Positions 1 through 9,176 of a DNA stretch of 64,000 nt are shown in pieces (positions within the stretch are counted from its first letter, which is position 1; each line of letters begins with the position of its first letter). Source of the stretch: an uncultured Gemmatimonadaceae bacterium (lineage in GTDB: Bacteria; Gemmatimonadota; Gemmatimonadetes; Gemmatimonadales; Gemmatimonadaceae); contig CAVXGK010000002.1 of NCBI GenBank assembly GCA_963761305.1, forward strand, positions 1,568,001-1,632,000, in the 5' to 3' direction. The notes under the pieces were generated by a model. That model was not told where the DNA came from. It saw only the letters and a list, made by a program, of their open reading frames with translations, and ran no database searches. The position numbers and the translations under genes are program-made.

Positions 1-201
1 GGTCTTTGCGGCCCGGTTCACGTTGCCGGTGAGCGACGTGGCGGTGACCGAAACGTTGGCGATCGGTGAGGCATCCACAGCGGCCGACGTCACCCGCCCG
101 CGGATGACGTCGACCTGCGCGCCGAGCCCCGGCCCGTCGCCTCCCCCGACGACGACGAGCGCGGCGCTCAGTCCGATCGCGAGAACGACTCCGCGGAGCA
201 T
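1..201 (-). CDS. N-terminus (runs off the window) of a secreted carboxypeptidase-regulatory-like domain protein, probably a TonB-dependent receptor
   Basis: Manual translation from ATG at 201: MLRGVVLAIGLSAALVVV...AQVDVIRGRVTSAAVDASPIANVSVTATSLTGNVNRAAKT, i.e. signal peptide plus IRGRVT...PIANVSVT motif. Starts 4 bp after the M56 gene stop. Confidence 0.65.
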   Translation of the reverse strand, partial: MLRGVVLAIGLSAALVVVGGGDGPGLGAQVDVIRGRVTSAAVDASPIANVSVTATSLTGNVNRAAKT

Positions 202-205
202 CGCA

Positions 206-2209
206 CTATCTCGGCGGAGTCTCGATCGTACGGCGCACTTCGATCACGATATGCGACTGGAGCGTCGCGCGGTCGCCGTCGTCCGACAACAGCGACGCCA
301 AGGCCGCCGCGCTCTCCGGCGACATCGTGACCAGATTCGAGAATCCGCGCCGAGCGATGATCGTGCCCGGTATGGGCGGATTCGTCGCGCGAATGTCCGC
401 CTGCATCTTGGCGATGATCACACGCGCGTCGGACTGCTGCTGCGGCGTGAGCGGAATTCCGTCGAAGAAGCGACGGAACGCCAGCTCGACCGCGTCGGCC
501 GCCGCCGTTGGACCGACGCCGCCACCTCCGCGCGCGCCGCCTCGTCCCCCACCTCCCCCGCCGCCGGGGAGCGGTCCGGCGAACCCACCGCCGCCGACGC
601 GCGCGCCGCGGCCGGCCGCGATTAGCAAAGTGGTATCCCCGACGAGCGTGGCCGATCTTCCGCCGCCGCGACCCGCGGCCATCTGCGGGGCGAATCGCGT
701 GTGCAGCAACGCGCGGTCGGCGTCGTTCGTGAGCAACGCTTCCAGCCCGGAGTCGGCCTGTGCTTGCATGGCTTGGCGGAGCGGTGCCGCGGCGACCAAC
801 GCCTTGATCGCGTTGGCCATCTGCGCGATCTGCGCGGCTTCCAGTTGGTTGACCAGATCGCGCGCCTTCGCTTCCTGATCCGGCGTCAACGCGATGCCGG
901 CGAACAGATGCTCGAAAATCGAGTCCTGTTGCTGGACGCGCAAATCGAGTTGGGTGGATGCCCGCACGGTGGTGTTGCCCGGCACGACGCGTCGCTCGAG
1001 CGTCGGGCTGGTCGCGAGAGCGGCCGAGTCCTGCACGCCGGGGGCTGCGACCGTTTGACGAGGAACCGAGTCGAGATCGCGTTGGGCGGACGGCGATGGA
1101 GTCGTTCGCGGGCGCTCGGGTGCGGCGACTGAGCGCGCCGGCGCGCTCGGTGACGAGGACGCGTCGACGAGCGCCGGTCTCTGAGTGCGTACCGCCGCCG
1201 AATCAGTGCGAGGCGATGCCGACGCCGGTGCGGGCGGGACGGGCCGCGGCGAGGTGCGCGCCGGGGCGGGCGGACGCGGCGCAACCCACGCCGCGGTCAC
1301 CACGACGACGCCGATACCCGCCACGCCGAGTCGCGCGATGCGCGACGCGTGAGCGCGACGGCGGCCGATGGCGCGAATCCGGCGCTCGAGCTGCGACGCG
1401 CGCTCGGCGAACGCCGTGGCGCCCATGAGCATGAGACGTCGTCGCGGGCGCGCGACTTCCAAGAGAAGGTCGCCGTACGAGCGGGCGTCGGCGTCGCGAA
1501 GCACGCGCGCGTCGCAATCCAGTTCGACGGCGACGCGCAGCCTCATGAGCTGCCACCAGAGTGCGACGTTCCACGGCATCGCGATCAGGGCGAAGTGCGC
1601 CGCGGTGAGCAGCTGCCCGTCGCGCGCACGACGATGCTCCTCCTCGTGGCGCAGCATGAGCTCGACCTGCGACGCCTCCATGGCGAGCGTCCACTGGGGA
1701 ACGACGATCGCCGGCGAGAGGGCGCCGACCAGCGCGGGTCCGGTCGACTCTGACACGAGAACTTCGACTCCTTGCAACGTGTCGCGGCGCCACCAGCGAC
1801 GCATCCAATTCAGCGCGATCATTCCGCAGAGGAAGTGCGCGACGAGCGCGGACGACAGCGTCAACCATGCGATCGTGAGCGGCGTGTCGGCGTGAGCCAA
1901 CGTCGCGCGCCAATTCCAGCCCGGCCCGGTATTCGTGGCGGTCACTGCGGCCCCGGTCGACGCGACCGCCGAAGAGTCCAGAGATGAGGAATTTGGCATC
2001 TCGGCGACGACGGGCGCTTGGGGCACGACGACGGCGGCGCGAGGCGCGAATCGAAACGCGGCCGCCGGCACGAGCACCGACAACAGCACAGCGCTGGTCC
2101 AGACGTGGCGCACCGGTCCGCGGCCGGCGAGCACTCGCTCGGCAACGACAGCGGCGAGCGACAAGGCGACTGCGCACAGCGTGCAGTAGAGCATCCAGGC
2201 GGCGATCAT
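206..2209 (-). CDS. BlaR1/MecR1-type M56 family metallopeptidase signal transducer with a non-canonical C-terminal domain
   Basis: TM segments, GPALVG...P.IVVP, LRHEEEH (HExxH), WNVALWW...ELDCDARV, LERRI. True start MIAAWM at 2209 overlaps the blaI stop (ATGA). Confidence 0.9.
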   Translation of the reverse strand: MIAAWMLYCTLCAVALSLAAVVAERVLAGRGPVRHVWTSAVLLSVLVPAAAFRFAPRAAVVVPQAPVVAEMPNSSSLDSSAVASTGAAVTATNTGPGWNWRATLAHADTPLTIAWLTLSSALVAHFLCGMIALNWMRRWWRRDTLQGVEVLVSESTGPALVGALSPAIVVPQWTLAMEASQVELMLRHEEEHRRARDGQLLTAAHFALIAMPWNVALWWQLMRLRVAVELDCDARVLRDADARSYGDLLLEVARPRRRLMLMGATAFAERASQLERRIRAIGRRRAHASRIARLGVAGIGVVVVTAAWVAPRPPAPARTSPRPVPPAPASASPRTDSAAVRTQRPALVDASSSPSAPARSVAAPERPRTTPSPSAQRDLDSVPRQTVAAPGVQDSAALATSPTLERRVVPGNTTVRASTQLDLRVQQQDSIFEHLFAGIALTPDQEAKARDLVNQLEAAQIAQMANAIKALVAAAPLRQAMQAQADSGLEALLTNDADRALLHTRFAPQMAAGRGGGRSATLVGDTTLLIAAGRGARVGGGGFAGPLPGGGGGGGRGGARGGGGVGPTAAADAVELAFRRFFDGIPLTPQQQSDARVIIAKMQADIRATNPPIPGTIIARRGFSNLVTMSPESAAALASLLSDDGDRATLQSHIVIEVRRTIETPPR

Positions 2210-2580
2210 TTGCCGGTCTCCCGCAGTTTCTCGTCGAGGAGTCGGCGAAGCCGTTTCAACTCGGCCGGAGTCACGCTTCGCTCGGTAACCAGGTGGGTCA
2301 GCAGCCGCTCGGTCGAACCGCCGAAGAGTTTTTCGACCAGCCTCGACGCCGCCGTGGCACCGGCGATGTCCTGCTTGACCCGGGCTTGAAAGCGGTGCGC
2401 CTTCCCTTCTTCGGTGTGCGTGACGTAGCCCTTGTTCTCGAGCACGGTCAGCACGGTGAGGACCGTGTTGTGCGCGAGGTCGTCTCGCAATCGTCCGCGG
2501 ACCTCGGCGACGGTCGACGGCCCGCGCTCCCAGAGGATGGCCATCACGTCGAGCTCTCGATCGGTGAACGTCGGCGGCAT
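2206..2580 (-). CDS. BlaI/MecI/CopY family transcriptional repressor
   Basis: FTDRELDVMAILWERGPSTVAEV...LAHNTVLTVLTVLENKGYV...LFGGS...ELKRLRRLL. Confidence 0.95.
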   Translation of the reverse strand: MPPTFTDRELDVMAILWERGPSTVAEVRGRLRDDLAHNTVLTVLTVLENKGYVTHTEEGKAHRFQARVKQDIAGATAASRLVEKLFGGSTERLLTHLVTERSVTPAELKRLRRLLDEKLRETGK

Positions 2581-2652
2581 CCGCTCCTCCCACGTTTCTC
2601 GGTGAACCTTGCATCGACCGCCGCGCGCTCAGAGCGAGGCCGGGGCGACCGC

Positions 2653-2702
2653 TATCTCCTAGATTTATAGGAGATAATGGGACGACGGCCGCCGGTTGTC
2701 AA
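2653..2702 (-). promoter_or_regulatory. sigma70-type promoter of the blaI operon overlapped by a palindromic operator
   Basis: Minus strand TTGACA (2702-2697), 17 bp, CATTAT (2679-2674). Perfect inverted repeat TATCTCCTA-N6-TAGGAGATA at 2653-2676. Confidence 0.7.
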
Positions 2703-2739
2703 TAGTACGGGTCATCGCCCTGAAACGTTCGCGCCGGCG

Positions 2740-3588
2740 TCAGCCCCGCTTCGCAGCGTGGTATTCGCGCCGGATCCGGTCGAGGTCGACCGTCGGCTCG
2801 GGGTAGCGCATCTTCAGCCCTTCGAGGGTCGCGACCACGATCCGCGCGATCGCCAGATTGCGGAACCACTTGTGGTCCGACGGGATGACGAACCACGGCG
2901 CGTGCTTGGTGCTGCACCGGGACAACGCGTCGTCGTACGCGTCGACGTAGTCGTCCCAATACTTGCGCTCGGCATAGTCGGCCTCGCTGATCTTCCACTG
3001 CTTCGACGGATCGTCGAGGCGGGCCTTGAAGCGCTTGAGCTGTTCCTGCTTGGAGATGTGCAGGAAGAACTTGAGGATGTGCGTCCCTTCGGCGGCCAGC
3101 TCCTCCTCGAAGGCGTTGATCTGCTCGTAGCGACGCGACCACGTGGACTTGGATACGAGCTTGTGGACGCGGGCGACGAGCACGTCCTCGTAGTGCGAGC
3201 GGTTGAAGATCACGACCTCACCCTTGGCCGGGACAGCGCGGTGAATCCGCCAGAGGAAGTCGTGGGACAGTTCCTCCACGGACGGCGCCTTGAACGCGAC
3301 CGCTCGGCAGCCCTGCGGGTTCATGGCGCCGAAGATGTGGCTGATCGCCCCGTCCTTGCCCGACGTGTCCATGCCCTGGAGGCAGATCAGCAGCGAGCGT
3401 GCATGCTCCGCGTAGAGCACGTTCTGAAGCTCGCGCAGCCGCTTGGTGTCGGCGTCGAGCACACCCGCCGCTTGGGATTCGTTGATCTCAGGATCCTTGT
3501 ATCCAGGATCGACGCGTTCGAGCTTCGTTCGTAATCCCGGAGCGATTCTGAAGCGCTCGACGTAGTCCATCGACTTCGCGGGCGTCAT
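2740..3588 (-). CDS. ppk2: Polyphosphate kinase 2 family (polyphosphate:nucleotide phosphotransferase)
   Basis: LQGMDTSGKDG Walker A, FKAPS.EE..HDFLWR, IFNRSHYEDVL, APWFVIPSDHKWFRN. Start overlaps the fucosidase stop (ATGA); alternative start at 3570. Confidence 0.93.
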   Translation of the reverse strand: MTPAKSMDYVERFRIAPGLRTKLERVDPGYKDPEINESQAAGVLDADTKRLRELQNVLYAEHARSLLICLQGMDTSGKDGAISHIFGAMNPQGCRAVAFKAPSVEELSHDFLWRIHRAVPAKGEVVIFNRSHYEDVLVARVHKLVSKSTWSRRYEQINAFEEELAAEGTHILKFFLHISKQEQLKRFKARLDDPSKQWKISEADYAERKYWDDYVDAYDDALSRCSTKHAPWFVIPSDHKWFRNLAIARIVVATLEGLKMRYPEPTVDLDRIRREYHAAKRG

Positions 3589-4919
3589 CGCGCGGTCACG
3601 AGCACGGCGACGCGATCCGGCTCGGTCGGTGAGGCATTCGGCAGCGTGAGCGTTACGCCGGTGCCCGACTCCGCGACGTCGACGCGCTCGCCGGTTCCCA
3701 GCATCGACGCGCGCACCACTCGCGCGCCGAGTGGCGGCAACGACAGTTGGCGATCCGGCCAATCGAGCACATGCACGAACACGGTGTCGCCGCGGCGCGT
3801 CGTCGCACCCCACGCTCGCGGGCTCACCGGACCGCCGCGTGTTCCGTAGATGGAGCGTCCGTACGTGCGCAGCCAATCGCCGATCGCCCGCAGCCGTTCG
3901 ATCGCTTCCGGTTGAATCGTCCCGTCCGGCCGAGGGCCGATGTTGAGCAGCAGGTTGCCGTCGTTCCCCGCGGCGCGGACGAGGTAGCCGATCAGCTCTC
4001 TTACCGACTTGAACTTCTTGTCGGTGATGTTGAACCCCCACGACTGGTTCATCGTAAGCGAGGTCTCGAGCGGCAGCGTGCCGATCTCGTTGGTGTTGAA
4101 ACCCGCCGTATTCGCGCCCGGCAAGTCCTGCTCGAACGTCTGTACGTCTTCGCCGGGCTTCGGCGCGTTGTGATGGTTGGGAACGATGAGCGCCGCGGGC
4201 TGAAGGCGATGGATGAGCGCGTACGTCTTCGTCAATCGCCAGTCGGCGTCGGGCTTGTCCCACATCCCGTCGAACCAGATGCCGCCGACCGGCCCGTAGT
4301 TGGTCAGCAACTCGGTGAGCTGTGCATCGAGGAAGTCGAGGTAGCGATTCCAGTCTCCCGACTCGGGGCGGCCGGTCGCGTGCCCCGTGCGACCGCGCGG
4401 CCAGTAGTCGGGATGATGCCAGTCGAGTTGCGAGTAATAGAAGAAGAGTTTGATGCCATTCGCTCGGCATTCGGCGGCAAGATCTTTCATCGGATCGCGC
4501 GCGAACGGCGTCCAATCGACGATGTTGTAGCGTGTCGCCTTGGTGGCGAACATCGAGAAGCCGTCGTGATGCCGCGCGGTGATGGTGATGTACCGAACGC
4601 CGGCGGCCTTGGCCGTCGCGACCCACGCGTGTGCGTCGAACTTGACGGGGTTGAACGCCGAGGCGAGCCACTCGTAGGTATCCACGGGAATGCCGCGATT
4701 CTCCATCACCCACTCGCCCTGGCCGAGCTGGCTGTACACGCCCCAGTGGATGAACATCCCGAACCGGGCGTCGCGGAACCACTCGCGCGCGGCGAGGCGT
4801 TCGGCCGGTACTTGCTCGCCGTTCTGTGCGCGGGCGGATCCGGCGACGGCCAGTTGGGATGCGGCGACTGCCGCGATGAGCAGCGACGCGCGAACGCCGA
4901 ATCTCCGTAACGTCGACAC
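3585..4919 (-). CDS. Secreted alpha-L-fucosidase (GH29)
   Basis: Signal peptide; WF.DARFGMFIHWGVYS, RHHDGF, YYSQLDWHHPDY, IWFDG (nucleophile), NLLLNIGP. Confidence 0.93.
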   Translation of the reverse strand: MSTLRRFGVRASLLIAAVAASQLAVAGSARAQNGEQVPAERLAAREWFRDARFGMFIHWGVYSQLGQGEWVMENRGIPVDTYEWLASAFNPVKFDAHAWVATAKAAGVRYITITARHHDGFSMFATKATRYNIVDWTPFARDPMKDLAAECRANGIKLFFYYSQLDWHHPDYWPRGRTGHATGRPESGDWNRYLDFLDAQLTELLTNYGPVGGIWFDGMWDKPDADWRLTKTYALIHRLQPAALIVPNHHNAPKPGEDVQTFEQDLPGANTAGFNTNEIGTLPLETSLTMNQSWGFNITDKKFKSVRELIGYLVRAAGNDGNLLLNIGPRPDGTIQPEAIERLRAIGDWLRTYGRSIYGTRGGPVSPRAWGATTRRGDTVFVHVLDWPDRQLSLPPLGARVVRASMLGTGERVDVAESGTGVTLTLPNASPTEPDRVAVLVTAR

Positions 4920-4935
4920 GTCGGTCGTTGGGCGG

Positions 4936-5322
4936 CTACGACGAGCGACTGATCGGCGTCAGCACGAACGTCGCGAGCATTACGAGAAGGCCGAGTCCAT
5001 ACCACTGCGACTCGTTCGTCAGCAGGAACAAGACGCCGCCGAACAACGCTGGAGCCTCGCCGATCACCCAGAGTTGAATGAGACCGTTGTTCCGTTCGAG
5101 TCCGTCGGGGGCGCGAGCCACGCGCCCGCGCATGGCAAGTACCGCGACCATCGCGAGCACGGAGAGCGCGACTTGCGCGTTTCGCAGCGCCGCCGGTTGG
5201 ACCGAGACCGGAAACCGCGCGCGCCAATGCAGGAACCAAACGACCGCGCCGAACGCGACGATACCAGTCCAGAGCGCGAGTCGGATGAGAGCGAGCGGCG
5301 CGGTCTGCGTTCGTGTAGCCAT
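4936..5322 (-). CDS. Small hypothetical membrane protein (about 4 TM)
   Basis: MATRTQTAPLALIRLALWTGIVAFGAVVWFL...; hydrophobic segments; GAGG RBS upstream of ATG 5322. Confidence 0.7.
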   Translation of the reverse strand: MATRTQTAPLALIRLALWTGIVAFGAVVWFLHWRARFPVSVQPAALRNAQVALSVLAMVAVLAMRGRVARAPDGLERNNGLIQLWVIGEAPALFGGVLFLLTNESQWYGLGLLVMLATFVLTPISRSS

Positions 5323-5448
5323 CGCGCACCTCGTGTGGGGGGAGGGACGTCGGCGAAGAACGTACGCGCCGACCGGCGGGGCGGACAAGCGCCGAGGGGG
5401 GAACGCGTCGCGCTTGACGAACGATCCCGATCTTCGCATCGTGCATGC

Positions 5449-5589
5449 GGCGCCGATCCGCGCCCAACCTCTCGAGACTCCGCCCCAGCCGGAGTCGAGT
5501 GCGAGGCAAAGGGGGGCAGACTCCCGGATCCGTTCGTCGGCCCTTTGCGTCACCGCGTGCGCTGCTGGGGGGTGGCCCGTGGTGTAGCC
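5449..5589 (+). ncRNA. Candidate structured 5' leader RNA (multi-stem, possible pseudoknot)
   Basis: Stems GACTCCG/CGGAGTC (5476-5482/5490-5496) and GCAAAGGG/CCCTTTGC (5506-5513/5541-5548). Loop CCCCAGC (5483-5489) is complementary to GCTGGGG (5564-5570). Upstream TTGACG-17-CATCGT (5414-5442). Confidence 0.55.
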
Positions 5590-5604
5590 AAAGGAGACCA
5601 GACG

Positions 5605-6314
5605 ATGCCCAGCCAGAAAGACTTGAAGCGCCTCGTGCGCGCTCGTATGCAGAAAACCGGCGAGGCCTACACCGCCGCCCGCGCTCAACTGCTCGCCAAG
5701 CCTTCGCGTGCACGCACCACGAAAGAGACCGCGCGTTCCGCGCCACCCGCCGCGACTACCCCAAGCTCGCCGGAATGAGCGACGTGATCGTCAAACAGAA
5801 AACAGGCGGCACGTGGGACCGATGGGTCCGCGCGCTCGATCAACTCGGCGCTGCTGACATGAAGCACCGAGACATCGTGGACGTCCTGCGCACGAAGTAC
5901 AAGGCGGACGCATGGTGGTCGCAGATGGTGACCGTCGGCTATGAGCGCATCAAGGGGTTGCGTGCGCGCGGCCAACGGCGTGACGGCAGCTATGCGGCGA
6001 CCAAGTCGCGGACGTTCAACGTCCCGGTCGCCACCCTGCACCGCGCCTTCGCCGATGCAAGCCTTCGTCGCCGATGGTTGGACGAGCCGGGCGTGAAGGT
6101 CCGCACATCGATTCCACCAAAGTCGGTGCGACTCGGCTGCGACGCGGCATCGTGGCAATCGGCTTCACGGCGAAGGGCGAGGCGAAGCACGGTCGAGTTG
6201 AGCCACGCCAAGCTGCCGAGCAAGGAGGCCGCGGCGAAGGTGAAGCGCGAGTGGTCCGAACGGTTGGCTGCGCTCGCCAACATCGTGTCTCCATCGGGGC
6301 GCGCGCGTGATTGA
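5605..6314 (+). pseudogene. Hypothetical protein with N-terminal 'KRLVRARMxKTGExYTAAR' domain and DUF4287/SRPBCC-like body; frameshifted (decay or sequencing error)
   Basis: AAGGAG RBS at 5591, ATG 5605. Coding sense moves between frames near 5750, 6143 and 6187 (…DYPKLAGMSD…KTGGTWDRWV…WWSQMVTVGYER; GIVAIGFTAKGEAK lies in a third frame). Confidence 0.7.
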
Positions 6315-6358
6315 GTCGCCGCAACGAGTCGTCGCGTCTCGGTCGTGAGGATGCATGG

Positions 6359-6388
6359 CGGCCCCGACGACGCCGTCGGGGCCGTTTT
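6359..6388 (+). terminator. Intrinsic terminator
   Basis: CGGCCCCGACG-ACGC-CGTCGGGGCCG followed by TTTT. Confidence 0.7.
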
Positions 6389-6953
6389 CATGGCAACTGT
6401 GCGTCACAGAAATTCGCACCGCTGAGCGCGAGCCAGACGAATGAGCGGTCGATTCGGACACACGAGACACCGCCGTCGGCCGACGAATGGAACGAGCCTG
6501 AGGACCTGTGCGTGCGCGCGTTCGTTGGCGCGCGAATCACGCGACGGACGCCGGCAGGTCCGCGCGGGCGCCGTTCGAAAGCGCCCTCGATGCCGGACCT
6601 CCGCCTCGGCGGAATCAGGGGCGCGGCTCTCCGCCGTGTCTGAACTCTAAGATTTCGCACGTCTGTTCGGCCTGGGAACACTCAGCACACTTCCGCGCTC
6701 CGTGGAATCGCCCCGACCAGTTCGATGCGTTCATTAATGCTTTGCAGACAGAACGACGAACCGCCCAGCAAGTTGCTGCGCTTCAGGGCGGCCGTCGTCC
6801 ATGATATTCACTTGCACCCGCTCGTCGCACGGGTGTATCGAACCGCGAGCCGAGCGTCGGGCTGCGGATGCGATTCCCCTCATCGTTGCACTGGCGGGAT
6901 TCCAGATGCCATCGCCGTGGATCGAGCGCGCGAACCTATTCGGGGTGATTAGA

Positions 6954-9176
6954 ATGGTCGAACAATTGGAAGCCCTGAAAGGAGCGGTGCGGCTCGCAGC
7001 CTCGGCCGTAGCCATCGGGCTGGCAGTGTCCTGCGGGGGAGCGGAACGCGATGGCGGTACGGGGCCGACGTCCATCCCGACCATCGCGCTCGCGACGACG
7101 ACTCAGCTCTTCAGCGCGAATGTCGGAAGCGGCAGCCCCGCGCCCCAATCGATCACCATAACCAACGGCGGAAGCGGCACTCTCGGCGGTTTGGCCGCTG
7201 GCCCGGTGGCCTACGGCTCCGGCCAATCGACCGGTTGGCTCGCCACGAGCCTGAGCGGCACGTCCGCTCCAGCAACGCTCACCCTCACCGCCACTCTCGG
7301 GAGTCTGGCGGCCGGCACGTATTCGGCGACCGTGCCGATTACGTCGTCGGCGCCCGGCGTCACGAACAGTCCGCTGTCCCTCGCGGTGACGTTCACCGTC
7401 ACGCTCGCCGGCGCGGGACCCACACTGAACGTGGCTGGACAGTCGGTGGCGTTTCTCAACTCGCCAGCCTTCAGCACGTCGCTCACCGTGCAACCGGGAT
7501 CGCAGTACCTGATTGCCGTCGTGAACACGGACAACTCCTATACAGCACAAGAAGATTTCACGCTGTCCGCTTCGTTCGGCGGCGCATCGTCCTCACGTGC
7601 CGCTCCTGTCGCGCCACCTGTCTCGCTGGCCAAGACCGCGGAGCCGGGTTCAGCGCTCTCCGTGCCCGGCCTGCCGCGATCGCTGACGGCATTGCGGTCG
7701 GCGTTCCTGAGCCACACGGCCATGCTCGAGGAGAACCGCAAGACCTTCGCGCGCATGGGGAGCCCGCTCAGGGCGTGGGCGAAGGCGCGCGCGCAGTCGA
7801 AGGGGCTCGAGCTCCCCGCCAGCGCAGCGGCCGTCGTATCGCCGGCCGTCGGCACGGTCAGCAAGGTGTACGTGCGCAACTCGATCACCGGCGGTTCGTG
7901 CACAACGGTAGACTCGATCGGTGCGCGCGCCGTGGCGGTGGGACAGCACGTGATCGTGCTTGCCGACACCAACCGGCGCACGTGGCCCGACAGCCTGCGG
8001 CCCGATTCGTCGTGGTACCAGACGTTCGTCTCGGAGTACGACGCGCTCACGTACCCGCACATCCTCAACAACATCGGCAACCCGCTCGGCCTGGACCAAT
8101 CGCTCTCCAAGCTGGGCAAGATCAGCGTCGTCATCACGCCCGTGCTGAACAACTTTCCCGGGAACGGCGGCTCGGTGGTGGCGTTCGTGAACGGCTGCGA
8201 CTTCTTCCCGTTCGCGACCAGCGGCGTCGACGCCGATTATAGCAACCAGACCGAGATGTTCTACTCGTGGGTACCCGGGAGTGGCGGCTTCTCCGTGCCC
8301 GACTGGGAAGCGGGCCTCCGCGCGACGGCGGCGCACGAGTCCAAGCACATCGTCTCGTACACCGATCGCATCCTCAACAACAGCCCGGTGTTCGAGGAGA
8401 TCTGGCTGGAGGAGGGGCTGGCGCAGGAATCGTCGGAGATCTGGGAACGCAACTTCAATCAGGCCACTTGGCTGGGGCACGCGAACTTCCTCCAAACGGC
8501 TGCGTGCGAGATTCCGCTCGGCGCCAACGCGCCGTGTGATGTGGCGAACAACAAGCCGCTCGCGCTTCTGGTCAGCCATCTGCCGTTCTTCTGGGACTAC
8601 CTGGCGGCGGAGAACTCGAATTCCGAGGGACTCGGCCTGGACACGCCCTCGAACTACGGCGCCGGCTGGACGATCGCTCGCTGGGCCACCGATCAGTACG
8701 CGCAGGGCATCGGTGAGGCGGCGTTCATCAAATCGCTCATCAACGATCCGTCGCTCAGTGGGCTGGCGAACTTGAGCGCGCACACGGGTCAATCGGTGGC
8801 GACGCTGCTCGTCTACTGGAACCTCGCCACGGCGATCTTCCAGACTCCCAGTTACACCGCGGCCGACGTGCGCACGACGATTCCGAGCTTCAACTTCGCC
8901 GACATCTTCAACGTCGGGCAAACCAAGCTCACGTGCAGCGGCACGCCGTGCGGGTTATTCACGCAGTCGGGATCTCCCGTATACCCGATCCAGCCGATCA
9001 CCATCACCGCCGGCGCGTTCACGAAGACCGTGCGAGCAGTGCCGGGCACGTCGGCGTCATTCTTCCTGCTCTCTGGCGCGACGGCGGGCACGGAAACGCT
9101 CCAGCTGCTCAGCGGCTCCGGCGGCGCGCTGTCCCCGAGCAGTGGCTTCCGCGTCGCCATTCTGCGGGTGCAGTAG
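6954..9176 (+). CDS. Secreted/lipoprotein zinc metallopeptidase (gluzincin-like, M30-like) with N-terminal BACON/Ig-like domain
   Basis: Lipobox-like LAVSC; Thr/Ser/Gly-rich Ig-like region (GWLATSLSGTSAPATLTLT); AHESKH ... WLEEGLAQ. Start uncertain (the ORF is open from 6801). Confidence 0.75.
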   Translation: MVEQLEALKGAVRLAASAVAIGLAVSCGGAERDGGTGPTSIPTIALATTTQLFSANVGSGSPAPQSITITNGGSGTLGGLAAGPVAYGSGQSTGWLATSLSGTSAPATLTLTATLGSLAAGTYSATVPITSSAPGVTNSPLSLAVTFTVTLAGAGPTLNVAGQSVAFLNSPAFSTSLTVQPGSQYLIAVVNTDNSYTAQEDFTLSASFGGASSSRAAPVAPPVSLAKTAEPGSALSVPGLPRSLTALRSAFLSHTAMLEENRKTFARMGSPLRAWAKARAQSKGLELPASAAAVVSPAVGTVSKVYVRNSITGGSCTTVDSIGARAVAVGQHVIVLADTNRRTWPDSLRPDSSWYQTFVSEYDALTYPHILNNIGNPLGLDQSLSKLGKISVVITPVLNNFPGNGGSVVAFVNGCDFFPFATSGVDADYSNQTEMFYSWVPGSGGFSVPDWEAGLRATAAHESKHIVSYTDRILNNSPVFEEIWLEEGLAQESSEIWERNFNQATWLGHANFLQTAACEIPLGANAPCDVANNKPLALLVSHLPFFWDYLAAENSNSEGLGLDTPSNYGAGWTIARWATDQYAQGIGEAAFIKSLINDPSLSGLANLSAHTGQSVATLLVYWNLATAIFQTPSYTAADVRTTIPSFNFADIFNVGQTKLTCSGTPCGLFTQSGSPVYPIQPITITAGAFTKTVRAVPGTSASFFLLSGATAGTETLQLLSGSGGALSPSSGFRVAILRVQ

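Noticed and set aside
2210..2614. 135-aa N-terminal extension of the M56 ORF in the ORF track
   Set aside because: It overlaps blaI in another frame; the real start is the ATGA-coupled ATG at 2209.
3589..4782. Long N-terminal extension of the 680-aa ORF (apparent PPK2 fusion)
   Set aside because: Arg-rich shadow frame of the fucosidase gene; PPK2 motifs begin only after 3588.
6440..6491. Fifth LytTR site (ACCGCTCATT and TCCATTCGTC on the minus strand, 42 bp apart)
   Set aside because: The middle box is poor, there is no TAnnnT at the 31-32 bp position seen at the other four sites, and no credible gene lies downstream.
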